From Pseudobutyrivibrio sp. (lineage in GTDB: Bacteria; Bacillota; Clostridia; Oscillospirales; Oscillospiraceae): a DNA stretch of 64,000 nucleotides. The translations under genes were made by a program, and so were the position numbers. The notes under the pieces were generated by a model, which searched no databases, had not been told where the DNA came from, and saw nothing but the letters and a program-made list of their open reading frames with translations. The DNA is taken from assembly GCA_963605115.1 (NCBI GenBank), contig CAVCTM010000003.1, positions 1,440 to 65,439 on the forward strand, written 5' to 3'. Positions 1 to 9,756 of the stretch are shown here, in pieces (positions within the stretch are counted from its first letter, which is position 1; the number at the start of each line of letters is the position of its first letter).

Positions 1-165
1 CTTGCGAACGCGGAAAAACAGCTCGCCGGACAGAACGCCAAGCTCGCGAACGAAAACTTCGTCGCCCGCGCCCCGGAAGCGGTCGTGAACGCCGAGCGCG
101 AGAAAAAAGCCAAGCTCGAAGCGCTGATCGAAAACCTGAACGAGAGTCTGAAGAATCTGGGCTGA
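1..165 (+). CDS. valS: valyl-tRNA synthetase, C-terminal fragment (5' end outside window)
   Basis: Frame 1 reads LANAEKQLAGQNAKLANENFVARAPEAVVNAEREKKAKLEALIENLNESLKNLG*. The coiled-coil FVxxAPxxVV..EREK tail is typical of ValRS. A terminator follows. Confidence 0.55.
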   Translation, partial: LANAEKQLAGQNAKLANENFVARAPEAVVNAEREKKAKLEALIENLNESLKNLG

Positions 166-180
166 CAAACAAAATACCGA

Positions 181-216
181 CCGCCGCTGCATTTTTTGCA
201 GCGGCGGTTTTGTTTT
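181..216 (+). terminator. rho-independent terminator after valS
   Basis: 11-bp stem CCGCCGCTGCA/TGCAGCGGCGG, followed by TTTTGTTTT. Confidence 0.75.
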
Positions 217-357
217 GACAAATTATCAAAAAACCGACATTCGGCTTTTGATATGTGGACGATTTTGCAGTTTTAATCGTGCAAAATGCCCTCGGCGGCT
301 TGAAAACCGGATGAAAATTTGGTAAGCTTGCAGAGAAATGCTGCCGAGGACGGAAAG

Positions 358-2076
358 ATGGAAAAAAAGAGCTTTTCAATAAAATACCGCGTTCTGGTCT
401 GGGTGTTTGCCCTCCTGCTCCCGCTTGTGGCGCTCGTCGGCGTAAATGCGGTGCTTCAAGTGAGGAAAACCTATGACCAGCTCCGCACCAGCGAGGGGAC
501 GAGCCTGCGGCTGCTCGTCTCCCAGCTCGAAACGGAAACGCGCGAGGTGGAGGAATACCTCTACGACCTTGTGCTTCAAAACCGCGGCTTCCGCTCTATG
601 GCAGGGGAAGAGAACGAAACGGAGCTTTATGCGCAGGCTTACGAGGTGCTGGAGGGCGCGGACAACCTTTTCCGCACGAAGCGGGATCTCTCCTTTCTTA
701 TCCTTTACAGTGAAGCGGGCGAGTATTATGCATACCGCGACAACGACCTTTCCTATCTCCCGCTCGCCGACCGGACTCATCTCCGGGAAGCCGCGGAGCG
801 GCGTTTCCTGCGCTTTTTTCTTCAGAAAAACGGGCGCCGGCGGAGCTGGTTCACCGTGCAGATCGCAGAACGCTGGTTCCTCTGCCGTTCGGTCAGCTAT
901 CAGGGCATGTACTGCGCGGCGCTTTTTGATCTTCCGCCGGTCGCGGCGCGGCTGACGGAGCAGATGGGGGAGGACTGCTTCCTCGTTTTCCGGGACGGCG
1001 ACGCAGTGCTGACGGAATTTCCGCTTGAGGACGCGGATTGGTCGGCGAGGTTGCTCCGCCTCGGCGGAAGAAAATATGCGGTGCTCGGCGAGTCGCTCTG
1101 CGGCATGGAGCTGACATATCTCTATCCTTATGATGGACTGAGCGGCGGCGCCGGCGCCTCGCTCGCGCTGGTGCTCGCAGTCACAGCGGCAGTGCTTCTT
1201 GCCATCGCTATATTTTATATCCAGCTCCGACGGGACTTTTTCCGTCCGCTGGATGACCTCGTGGAAACCATGCGCCGCATCCGCGACGGTGAAACGGACG
1301 CGCTGCCGGAGAGCGGGGAGACCTGCGACGAGTTCCGTGAGGTCGACCGCACCTTTGACCAGATGCTCAGCCAGATCCGGAATCTGAAGATCGAGCACTA
1401 TGAGAAGGAGCTGCGCACCCAGCGCGCGGAAATGAGCTTTCTTCAGGCGCAGATCCGCCCGCACTTTTATCTGAACTGCCTCAAGGTGATCTATGCCCTT
1501 GCCCAGCAGGAGCGCTACGCGGAGATCAAGACCTGCATCCTGCTCGTCTCCCGCCACCTCCGCTATGCGCTCGGCGTCCGCAGCGACACGGTCACGCTGC
1601 ACGAGGAGCTGGAAATGTGCGAGAACTACGTTCACCTTTGCGGTGTGATGAGCGATGTGGAGCCGCGCCTGACGGCGGAGGTCGACGAGGGACTTCAGCG
1701 CTTTGCCATCCCGCCGGTCAGCCTGCTCTCGCTCATGGAAAACAGCATCCGCATCAATCTTGCGCCGGACCGTGAGCTCATCATCCGCATTCGGGCGCGC
1801 TGCATCCGGACGGAGGAGAGCAGGGTCCTGTGCCTGAGCGTGCAGGATAATGGGAGCGGCTTTACCGAGGAGCAGCTTGCGTGGTTCAACGGGGAGGCGT
1901 GGCAGGAAAACGCTTCGACCCATGTCGGTCTGCAAAATGTTGCGCGGCGTTTCCGCATCCTGTACGGCGAGGAGTTTTCCATGGCGTTTTTCAACCGCGG
2001 CGGTGCGGTCATTGAGCTTTATCTGCCCATGCAACAGGGAGAGGAGGGAGAACATGCGGACATTGCTGATCGTTGA
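358..2076 (+). CDS. sensor histidine kinase (LytS/YesM type)
   Basis: N-terminal TM segments; H-box region LQAQIRPHFYLNCL; C-terminal HATPase motifs (QDNGSGF, GLQNV). ATG 358 follows GAGGA; TTG 319 is an alternative start. Confidence 0.85.
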   Translation: MEKKSFSIKYRVLVWVFALLLPLVALVGVNAVLQVRKTYDQLRTSEGTSLRLLVSQLETETREVEEYLYDLVLQNRGFRSMAGEENETELYAQAYEVLEGADNLFRTKRDLSFLILYSEAGEYYAYRDNDLSYLPLADRTHLREAAERRFLRFFLQKNGRRRSWFTVQIAERWFLCRSVSYQGMYCAALFDLPPVAARLTEQMGEDCFLVFRDGDAVLTEFPLEDADWSARLLRLGGRKYAVLGESLCGMELTYLYPYDGLSGGAGASLALVLAVTAAVLLAIAIFYIQLRRDFFRPLDDLVETMRRIRDGETDALPESGETCDEFREVDRTFDQMLSQIRNLKIEHYEKELRTQRAEMSFLQAQIRPHFYLNCLKVIYALAQQERYAEIKTCILLVSRHLRYALGVRSDTVTLHEELEMCENYVHLCGVMSDVEPRLTAEVDEGLQRFAIPPVSLLSLMENSIRINLAPDRELIIRIRARCIRTEESRVLCLSVQDNGSGFTEEQLAWFNGEAWQENASTHVGLQNVARRFRILYGEEFSMAFFNRGGAVIELYLPMQQGEEGEHADIADR

Positions 2077-3115
2077 CGACCAGAAGACCGTGGTAGACGG
2101 TCTGCTGCGCTCCGTCGACTGGAGCGCGGCGGGCATTGACCTCGCGCTCGGTGCAAACAGTGCTGCCGCGGCGCGCGCTGTCCTGTCGGAGCGGCGCGTC
2201 GATGTGCTGCTCTGCGATATCGAGATGCCGGTGGAAAACGGGCTGAGCCTCGTCACGTGGATGCGCGCGCAGGGGATGGAGACGAAGTGTATTTTTCTGA
2301 CAGCCCATGCGGAGTTTGCTTACGCCCAGAAGTCCGTGAGTCTCGGCGCCTTCGATTACGTTGTCCAGCCCGCGCCTTACACGGAGATCCGGGAGACGGT
2401 CGCCCGCGCGGTGGCATCCCTGCGGGGCGACGCACGCCGGCACATTCCGGAGGAGGCTCCGCAGCCGCCGCAGACGCAGCCTGCACCGGAGCCTTGGAGC
2501 CCGGAGCTGGGGCTGCTGGAGAGCGCGGAGCGCGAGCTGAAGGACCGCTGCGCCTCCGGCGAGGACCATGCCGCCTGCGCCGCGGCGATCTTCAGCCATC
2601 TTCTTACTGCGATCCGGGAGCGAAGCGGGGATCCCGACGCTTTCTGGCGGGAAACGCTTGTCGATTCGGAGAGCTATGACCTCTACCGCGAGGGCTCCCG
2701 TTCGATCGAGCACACGATGCGTCTCGTGCGCCTCTGCGAGCAGCGGCTCAGCGGCCGCGAGCCGCGGCAGGAGCGGGACGTCGTTGAGGAGGTCATCCGC
2801 TATATCGACGAAAATCTCGACCGCGAGCTCCACCGGCGGGATCTCGCCGATCTCGTGTATCTGAACCCGGATTATCTGAACCGGCTCTTCAAAAAGCAGA
2901 CCGGGAAAACGCTGAAGGAATTTATTATCGAGCGCAAGATGGCGGAGGCAAAAAAGATCCTCCAGCTCACACGGCTCCCGGTCAGCCTCGTGGCGGCGAA
3001 AGTCGGTTACGACAATTTTTCCCACTTTTCCTATGCCTATAAAAAAGTGACGGGACAGAGCCCGCTCGAAAGCCGCAACGCCTATCAGCGCGGTGCGGCG
3101 GGAGGGGAGACATGA
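2054..3115 (+). CDS. response regulator with AraC-type HTH output (YesN-like)
   Basis: MRTLLIVDDQ receiver domain plus C-terminal AraC HTH (YLNPDYLNRLFKKQTGKTLKEF). The start overlaps the kinase end by 23 nt. Confidence 0.85.
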   Translation: MRTLLIVDDQKTVVDGLLRSVDWSAAGIDLALGANSAAAARAVLSERRVDVLLCDIEMPVENGLSLVTWMRAQGMETKCIFLTAHAEFAYAQKSVSLGAFDYVVQPAPYTEIRETVARAVASLRGDARRHIPEEAPQPPQTQPAPEPWSPELGLLESAERELKDRCASGEDHAACAAAIFSHLLTAIRERSGDPDAFWRETLVDSESYDLYREGSRSIEHTMRLVRLCEQRLSGREPRQERDVVEEVIRYIDENLDRELHRRDLADLVYLNPDYLNRLFKKQTGKTLKEFIIERKMAEAKKILQLTRLPVSLVAAKVGYDNFSHFSYAYKKVTGQSPLESRNAYQRGAAGGET

Positions 3116-4527
3116 AAAGAAAGATCTGGCTGCCGCTTGCGCTTGCGGCGGTCTGCATTGCGGGTGCGGCGCTGCTCTTCGCGTTCCGTCCGGTTCCGGC
3201 AAGCAAGGAAACACCCGCACTGCCGACGGTCCGCATCCTGACGCTCGGCGAGTGCTCCGATGCGGCGCTGGAGCGCGTTTCCGCGGCGCTCAGCGAGCGG
3301 ACCGCCGCCGCGGTCGGCTGCCGCGTGGAGCTGTGCATGGTCCGCCCGGACGAATACGACGGTCGTATCAGCGATCTGCTGCTGGAAAACGAGTTCGCCG
3401 ATATCTTCGTTTGCCGCGGCAGGTCGACGCTGAGCGAGCTGATGGACGGCAGCTATATCTACCGGCTGGACCGCTATCTGGAGGACCGGCCCGCGCTGCT
3501 TGAGGCTGTGCCGGACGCGGCAGACTGGTCCGCAGTTCAAAAAAACGGCTATACCTATGCGATCCCCTTTGCAAATGGCGGCACGGCGGCGTGGGGGTTC
3601 GTGATGCGCGCGGACGAGGCAGATGCGCTCGGCATCGACGCCGCGGGGATCCGGACGCTGGACGCGCTTGAGAATGTGCTCCTGCGCGTTCGCGACGACA
3701 GACCGGAGCTGATCCCGGTCGTCTCCGATTACGGGAACATGCAGACCTTTGGTGACCACAGGCTTATCTGCGGAGGCGCAGGCTGTCTGGAAACGCCGGA
3801 GGGTGCCGCCGTTATCACGGAGTTGCCGGAGTTTGCCGCGCGCTGCGCCGTTTTCCGGCGCTGGCAGGAAGAAGGACTTATTATGCAGAACGCACCGTTC
3901 AACAAGGCGGGCTGCGCGGAGTGGCTTGGAAGCGGGCTGGCATTCGGCGCGTTCGTGCGGCTGGACGCGCTCACGCTGCGCTCGCTGGAATACGAGGCGG
4001 GAACTGCGCTGGTATGTGCGGAGCTGGCGGAGCCCTATTGGGCGGAAAACGGGGAGGAATTGTCCTTCGGGGTCTATGCTTATGCGGAGGACCCCGCGCT
4101 CTGCCTGCGCGTGCTGGAGCTTATTTATACCGATCCGGAAACGCGCAGAATGTGCGTTTATGGGGAGGAGAAAGCGGACTATATCCTCGCGGCGGACGGC
4201 GCTGCCCTGCCGCTCACCGATGTGCAGGGCGGACGTTATGTCAGCTGGTGCTGGCCGCTGCGTGCCGAGCTCCCTGCGCCGATGCGCGCGGTGGAAACGG
4301 CTCTCGCCGGCGAAAACGTAAGGCGGAGCACCGTCTATTTTGACACCGCCGCTGTCCGGAGCGAGGCGTATCAATGCGGAGAAATCGCGGAAAAGTATTT
4401 TGAGGCGCTCTGCGCCGGGATGCTGGATCCGGAGGAGGGAATCGCCAGAATGGACACGGAGCTTCAAAGCGCCGGTGTCGCCGCCGTGCGCGAGGAGCTG
4501 GACCGCCAGATCGCCGGCGGCGGATAA
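3112..4527 (+). CDS. membrane-anchored extracellular solute-binding protein (family 1-like), probable sensor partner
   Basis: Hydrophobic N-terminus (LPLALAAVCIAGAALLF) followed by an SBP-like body. ATG overlaps the regulator stop (ATGA at 3112-3115). No cognate CUT1 permeases are adjacent. Confidence 0.6.
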   Translation: MKRKIWLPLALAAVCIAGAALLFAFRPVPASKETPALPTVRILTLGECSDAALERVSAALSERTAAAVGCRVELCMVRPDEYDGRISDLLLENEFADIFVCRGRSTLSELMDGSYIYRLDRYLEDRPALLEAVPDAADWSAVQKNGYTYAIPFANGGTAAWGFVMRADEADALGIDAAGIRTLDALENVLLRVRDDRPELIPVVSDYGNMQTFGDHRLICGGAGCLETPEGAAVITELPEFAARCAVFRRWQEEGLIMQNAPFNKAGCAEWLGSGLAFGAFVRLDALTLRSLEYEAGTALVCAELAEPYWAENGEELSFGVYAYAEDPALCLRVLELIYTDPETRRMCVYGEEKADYILAADGAALPLTDVQGGRYVSWCWPLRAELPAPMRAVETALAGENVRRSTVYFDTAAVRSEAYQCGEIAEKYFEALCAGMLDPEEGIARMDTELQSAGVAAVREELDRQIAGGG

Positions 4528-4551
4528 TGCGGTGCCGATCGCCGCTTGAAA

Positions 4552-4596
4552 CGGGACCGGGTGCAAAAAAACGCACCCGGTCCCGCTTTGATTTTT
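4552..4596 (+). terminator. rho-independent terminator
   Basis: 13-bp stem CGGGACCGGGTGC/GCACCCGGTCCCG followed by CTTTGATTTTT. Confidence 0.75.
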
Positions 4597-4815
4597 GTCG
4601 TGTTTGCACAAGGCAAAAGGTCTGGTTTTCCAAAAATCCGAAAGGGCCGACCGGCTTTTCGGAAAAAAGGACGGGCAAGTCGTCGCATTTTCGCAAAAAA
4701 GAGCGCGGTGAATTGGTAGAGATACGAAAAGGAAAATTGTATAATATAGCCAGCTTGAATCAAAAAACAGGGGACTCGCTTGTGCAAAACGGGCGAGTGA
4801 GAGGAGGAATGCTAT

Positions 4816-6312
4816 ATGCCGGACGGTGTGCTGCTTCAGGTGCGGGATATGTTCAAGCGCTTCGGCGTCACCGTTGCACTCAACCACATCTCCTTTGACG
4901 TGCGCCGCGGAGAGATCCTTGGTCTGATCGGGGAGAACGGGAGCGGAAAGAGCACCGTTTCCTCCATCATTGCAGGGATCCAGGGCGCAACGAGCGGGAA
5001 TATGATCTACGACGGCGCGCCGTGGGCGCCGCAGTCGATGCTCGACGCCGAACGCGCCGGGATCACGATGATCGTACAGGAGGCGGGGACCATTCCGAGC
5101 ATCACGGTCGCGGAGAATCTCCTTCTTGGTCACGAGGGGGCGTTTTTGACCGGTCCCTTCGTAAGTCATGCCAAGATGGTCCGCGCCGCGGACGCGCTGC
5201 TCGATTCCCTTGGGATCGAGGAGATCCGCGGGGATATGACAACGTGGAAGCTCGATATCCAGAGCCGAAAGCTCGTGGAGGTCGCCAAGGCCATGCACTG
5301 GAAGCCGCGGCTTTTCATCGTGGACGAGACGACGACGGCGCTGTCCCAGCGGGGACGCACGCTGCTCTACGACCTGATGAAGCGGCTCACTGCGGAGGGC
5401 AGTTCCGTGCTTTTCATCTCTCACGACCTTGACGAGTTGATGGAGCAGTGTGACCGCCTGACCGTTCTGCGTGACGGCGTTATCGTCGGCACACTGGAAA
5501 AGGAGCGGTTTGAAAGCGGCACCATCAAGCAGATGATGGTCGGCCGCGAGCTGAAGGACAACTATTACCGGACCGACGAGGACGGCTTCGGCGAGGAGGT
5601 CGTGCTCCGCGCCGACTGCATCACTACGATGCGGGACCTGCTCTGCGTTTCGCTGGAGCTCCACCGAGGCGAGATCCTCGGCATCGGCGGACTCAGCGAC
5701 TGCGGCATGCATCGGCTGGGCAAGGCGCTGTTCGGCGCGGAGGAGGTCCTGGACGGCAAGGTCCGCGTCGGCGGCGCGCTCATCCGCAGCACGCGGACGG
5801 CGATCGCAAACCGCATGGGCTACCTCTCCAAAGACCGCGATACGGAGTCGCTCTGGCTCGCCGCGTCCATCCTCGACAACATCAAGAGCACCGGCTACCG
5901 CATAAACCGACTGTTCGGACCGTTCATCTCCTTCCGAAAGGAGAAGCGCTATACCGACAGGCAGATCCGCGATCTTTCCATCAAGTGTGCCTCGTGCTAC
6001 CACGCGGTGGATACGCTCTCCGGCGGCAACAAGCAGAAGGTCGCCATGGGAAAGTGGCTCGCCGCGGACGCGGAGATCCTTATCCTCGACTGCCCGACCC
6101 GCGGCGTGGATGTCGGCGTGAAGGCGGCAATCTACAAGCTGATCTATGAGATGAAAAAGGCGGGGAAGAGCATTATCCTCATCAGCGAGGAGCTCCCGGA
6201 GCTCATCGGAATGAGCGACCGCATCCTCATTATGCGCGACGGCGGTATCGTTCACGAGACTCTGCGGAGCGAGCACCCGAACGAGAGTCAGCTTATCCAG
6301 TACATGCTTTGA
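4816..6312 (+). CDS. sugar ABC transporter ATP-binding protein, duplicated ATPase (RbsA/MglA-like, CUT2)
   Basis: Walker A GENGSGKST, signature LSGGNKQK, second degenerate nucleotide-binding domain. GAGGAGG RBS. Confidence 0.85.
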   Translation: MPDGVLLQVRDMFKRFGVTVALNHISFDVRRGEILGLIGENGSGKSTVSSIIAGIQGATSGNMIYDGAPWAPQSMLDAERAGITMIVQEAGTIPSITVAENLLLGHEGAFLTGPFVSHAKMVRAADALLDSLGIEEIRGDMTTWKLDIQSRKLVEVAKAMHWKPRLFIVDETTTALSQRGRTLLYDLMKRLTAEGSSVLFISHDLDELMEQCDRLTVLRDGVIVGTLEKERFESGTIKQMMVGRELKDNYYRTDEDGFGEEVVLRADCITTMRDLLCVSLELHRGEILGIGGLSDCGMHRLGKALFGAEEVLDGKVRVGGALIRSTRTAIANRMGYLSKDRDTESLWLAASILDNIKSTGYRINRLFGPFISFRKEKRYTDRQIRDLSIKCASCYHAVDTLSGGNKQKVAMGKWLAADAEILILDCPTRGVDVGVKAAIYKLIYEMKKAGKSIILISEELPELIGMSDRILIMRDGGIVHETLRSEHPNESQLIQYML

Positions 6313-6327
6313 AAGGAGGCGGCGAGA

Positions 6328-7287
6328 ATGAAGCAGAAGATATCGCGGCTCGCGGAAAACCGCTGGCTGCAAACGATCCTTCCCATCCTTTGCCTCGCTG
6401 CGATCGTGGCGATCTTTGCCGCCGCGACAAAGGGGCGCTTTGTGACGAAGGTCAATCTGAATATGATCCTGGATCAGGCGCTCATCGTCGGCGTCGTGGC
6501 GACCGGCGCAAGCTATATCTTCGCCACCGGCAACGTCAATATCGCGATGGGATCCTCTACGGCGCTCACCGCCGCGGTCTGCGCCCTCTGCTTTGAAAAG
6601 ACCCAGTCCGCGCCGCTGATGTTCGCCGCAGCGATCGCGACGGGCGTCGCGATCATGGCGATCTGTGCGCTGCTCTCCACACTGCTGCGCGTCTCGGTCA
6701 TCCATGTGACGATCGTGATGATGGTCCTGCTCACCGCACTTCAGGAGGAGGTGCTCGACGGCAGCACGCTGAGCCTGCCCTACAGCCTGACGAGCGCGAT
6801 GCACGCGCACCACGTGCCCTATATCATCTTCGGCGTTTTTGTACTCGTCACGGTGATCGCATTCCATTTCACGAGTCTCGGCAGAAGCCTTCGCGCGGTC
6901 GGGTCCAACGGGAAATGCGCGCATCTGACCGGGATTTTCTGGGACAGATATGTTCTGATTGCCTTTCTCGTGGCGGGCGTCGGCGCGGGAGCCGGCGCGC
7001 TGCTGACTATGATCCGCTCCGGCTCCGTCGGCGTGACGACCTGCGCCACAATGAATATGGATGTCATGCTCGCCATCGTGCTCGGCGGCATGCCGATCTC
7101 CGGCGGCAGCAAGTCGCGCGCTTATGCCGCGGTCATCGGCTCCCTGACCGTCACAGCGCTGAACAACGGTCTGCTCATGGTGGGTGTCGGCACCTCCATC
7201 GTGCAGGGCGTGCGCGGCGTGGTGTTCCTGCTTCTGGTTCTTGCGGGCAGCAAACGCAGCCAGCTGCTGCCTGCCCGTGAAGGATAA
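6328..7287 (+). CDS. ABC transporter permease (ribose/branched-chain type)
   Basis: Polytopic hydrophobic 319-aa protein starting 15 nt after the ATPase gene. RbsC-like composition. Confidence 0.75.
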   Translation: MKQKISRLAENRWLQTILPILCLAAIVAIFAAATKGRFVTKVNLNMILDQALIVGVVATGASYIFATGNVNIAMGSSTALTAAVCALCFEKTQSAPLMFAAAIATGVAIMAICALLSTLLRVSVIHVTIVMMVLLTALQEEVLDGSTLSLPYSLTSAMHAHHVPYIIFGVFVLVTVIAFHFTSLGRSLRAVGSNGKCAHLTGIFWDRYVLIAFLVAGVGAGAGALLTMIRSGSVGVTTCATMNMDVMLAIVLGGMPISGGSKSRAYAAVIGSLTVTALNNGLLMVGVGTSIVQGVRGVVFLLLVLAGSKRSQLLPAREG

Positions 7288-7330
7288 AAAAACAGCAAAG
7301 AGAGAAACAAAAAACAGGAGGAAACAACGA

Positions 7331-8629
7331 ATGAAAAAGCTACTGTGCCTGCTCCTCGCGCTCGTTATGGTGTTTTCCCTCGCAGCCTGCGGCGGAAAAA
7401 CAGAGCCCCCCGATCCGACGAAGACTCCCGAACAGACTGCCGCTCCCGCCGGCGAGACCACGCCCGCCCCGGATGAGAACGGCGGGGAGGAAGTGAAGCT
7501 GGAACCCTATAAGATCGCCGTCGCCTTTACCCAGATCAACGCGACCGCGCTCGCCCAGCAGGAGTATCTCAAGACTTACGTTGCCCCTGCCTTCAATGTG
7601 GAATTTATGTTCTCCGAGGCGGTGGACAGCGCGGAGGTCGCCATGACCTTCATCGAAAATGCCTATGCCGCCGGCTGTCAGGCGATCATGAATTTCCAGA
7701 ACAGCTCCGTGGAGCAGATCAACGCCAAAGCCAACGAGCTCGGCATGTACATCATCAGCAACGCGCCTCCCGCCGAGAACGACGACCTTCCCTATGTTGT
7801 CGGCAGCATGCGTATTCCCGTCAGCGGCGTCGCTGCGGCGTTCAAGGAAATGGTAAAGCATTTCACGGCGGACGGCAATGCCCACAATGTCGTCATCATC
7901 TCCGCCGGCGCCGGTCTCGGCAATGCACAGCACTATGAGAGCACGGTTTCCATTCTCGAAGCGCTTCAGGAGGCTTACGGGCTGACCTACGCCGATGAGA
8001 TCGAGAACCTCGCATCTTCCCGCGGCATGGTCGAGGTGGAGACCGGAACGGATATGAAGATCCTGATCTATCCCGGTTATCCCAACGCCGATACCTATGT
8101 TTCCGGTCTCTCCGCCGAGCTCCAGACCGGCATTTATGATATCGTCCTCGGCTGCAATCAGGCTACCGCAAAATTCGCTGTCGCCATCGACGAGGTCGAG
8201 CGCGCCTACAACACGGATATCAAGGTCGGCTATGTCTCCTCCAGCGTTGACGAGGCGACGATTGCTACCGTGAAAACGCTGGACGTCAACGGAAATCCGA
8301 GCGTCGATTCCGTGATCGTCAATCCGGGCAACGTTCTGGTCGGCGGCATGTTCGCTGTGCTCCACAACGCGCTGAGCGGCTATAAGGACGCCATGCGCAC
8401 GGACGGCAAGGGAACCGTGTTCTACATCCCGCTCTGGCTCGCTCCCGATGCGGAGACCTATCTGAAGCTGACCGAGCTCAACAGCGACGCGGACAAGCTC
8501 GAAATGAGCATGGAGGATATTCAGAGCATTCTCTGTGTCTACCACCCGGATGTCACGGCGCAGTCGCTTCAGGAGACGATCGAGACTCTGACGGCGGACA
8601 GTGTTCTTGCTGCGCGCGGAATGGAATAA
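7331..8629 (+). CDS. ABC transporter substrate-binding lipoprotein (periplasmic-binding-protein type I-like)
   Basis: MKKLLCLLLALVMVFSLAACGG lipobox, Pro/Thr/Glu linker, then an alpha/beta binding-protein body. Lies between the two permease genes. Confidence 0.7.
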   Translation: MKKLLCLLLALVMVFSLAACGGKTEPPDPTKTPEQTAAPAGETTPAPDENGGEEVKLEPYKIAVAFTQINATALAQQEYLKTYVAPAFNVEFMFSEAVDSAEVAMTFIENAYAAGCQAIMNFQNSSVEQINAKANELGMYIISNAPPAENDDLPYVVGSMRIPVSGVAAAFKEMVKHFTADGNAHNVVIISAGAGLGNAQHYESTVSILEALQEAYGLTYADEIENLASSRGMVEVETGTDMKILIYPGYPNADTYVSGLSAELQTGIYDIVLGCNQATAKFAVAIDEVERAYNTDIKVGYVSSSVDEATIATVKTLDVNGNPSVDSVIVNPGNVLVGGMFAVLHNALSGYKDAMRTDGKGTVFYIPLWLAPDAETYLKLTELNSDADKLEMSMEDIQSILCVYHPDVTAQSLQETIETLTADSVLAARGME

Positions 8630-8652
8630 ACCGTCCTCACCCACCGAATGCA

Positions 8653-8684
8653 CCCGGTCCGCGCCGTTTTCGGCGCGGACCGGG
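8653..8684 (+). other. intercistronic stem-loop without U-tract (possible mRNA stabiliser or attenuator after the SBP gene)
   Basis: 14-bp perfect stem CCCGGTCCGCGCCG/CGGCGCGGACCGGG with TTTT loop. The downstream sequence is not T-rich. Confidence 0.5.
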
Positions 8685-8712
8685 AAGCGAACCAAAGCCG
8701 GAGGTAAGAATA

Positions 8713-9735
8713 ATGCAGAAAAACAAGACCTCAAAACTGAAGAGCGTTCTGATCACGGCGGCATTTCCGGTCATCATGCTGATCCTGATGGATATCCTGT
8801 GCCTGATCGTGCAAGGGCGCCGCATTTTTGTGACGGTGCTGGACGTACAGAACTTTGTGCGCGCGACGAGCATCGCCGCCTGCACCGCCCTCGCGCTCTC
8901 GCTGAACCTCAGCAACGGCAGGTTTGACCTCTCGCTGGGCGCGCAGCGGCTTGCCGCGGCGATCCTCGGCGGAAATCTGGCAATCCGGCTCGGTCTCGGC
9001 GGCCTCGGCGTTCTGGCATTTGCCATTGTGTTCGGGCTCGTTCTCGGCGGTGTGGTCGGACTCATTTTTGTCATTTTCCGAACGCCCGCCATGGTCCTCG
9101 GCGTCGGCATGGCGCTCATTTATGAGTGCGTCGCCTTTGTCGGCTCCGGTTCCAAGGGGCTCCAGCTCTATGCTGCGCCCAATGTCCGCAATCTCTCCAA
9201 CATGTATCTTTGCATCACGGTCCTTCTGCTGGTGCTTGCAGTGTTTCTTGTGCTCATCAAATACACCCGCTTCGGCTATCACATGCGTGCCATCGGCGGC
9301 TCGCAGCGCATTGCCCACAACAGCGGCATCAACATCTTTCGCCATGCGGTCTGCTGCTACACGCTGGCGGGCGGCGCGATCGGCTGCGCCGGCGTTTTTG
9401 AGGCAGCCTACAGCGGCTCTATGGACGCGGCGATGGGGATGACGAGCAATGCCGTCGTCATGACGAACTGCTTTCCGATGTATCTCGGCAAATATTTGAG
9501 CCGGTGGACCAATGAGGCTGTCGGCATTCTGGTCGCGGCAATGACGATCAAGCTGTTCCAGACCGGTCTATCCATTATGAAATATTCCATGACGGAGCAG
9601 CGGGTGTTCACGCTCGTGCTGTTCCTCGTGTTTCTGATCTTCCGTGCAAACGAGACCATTTTCCGCGACCGGCGGGCGCGGAAAGAGCGCATCGCGCTCG
9701 CCCGTGAGGTCCGCGAAAAGCGTGCGTCCGCCTGA
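8713..9735 (+). CDS. ABC transporter permease (second subunit)
   Basis: Polytopic 340-aa hydrophobic protein of the same family as 6328..7287. Confidence 0.75.
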   Translation: MQKNKTSKLKSVLITAAFPVIMLILMDILCLIVQGRRIFVTVLDVQNFVRATSIAACTALALSLNLSNGRFDLSLGAQRLAAAILGGNLAIRLGLGGLGVLAFAIVFGLVLGGVVGLIFVIFRTPAMVLGVGMALIYECVAFVGSGSKGLQLYAAPNVRNLSNMYLCITVLLLVLAVFLVLIKYTRFGYHMRAIGGSQRIAHNSGINIFRHAVCCYTLAGGAIGCAGVFEAAYSGSMDAAMGMTSNAVVMTNCFPMYLGKYLSRWTNEAVGILVAAMTIKLFQTGLSIMKYSMTEQRVFTLVLFLVFLIFRANETIFRDRRARKERIALAREVREKRASA

Positions 9736-9756
9736 GAGGGGAAGAGGGAAAATAAG

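Noticed and set aside
4713-4745. Promoter for the ABC/sulfatase operon (TATAAT at 4740-4745).
   Set aside because: The -10 is good, but no acceptable -35 lies at 16-18 nt (TTGGTA is 21 nt away). It may be an activator-dependent promoter, but this cannot be supported from sequence alone.
3085-7461. Very long antisense ORFs in the track. Examples: 3085..7461 (-, 1458 aa), 9568..12606 (-, 1012 aa), 376..2256 (-), 7340..8734 (-), 13839..15491 (-), 35803..37662 (-), 48824..50830 (+), 51601..54432 (+), 54646..55911 (+), 56145..57605 (+), 57926..59014 (+), 61380..62993 (+).
   Set aside because: They lie opposite recognisable genes. They translate to Arg/Ala/Gly/Pro/His-rich low-complexity sequence with no motifs and lack RBS. 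Stop-poor antisense frames are expected at about 64% GC.
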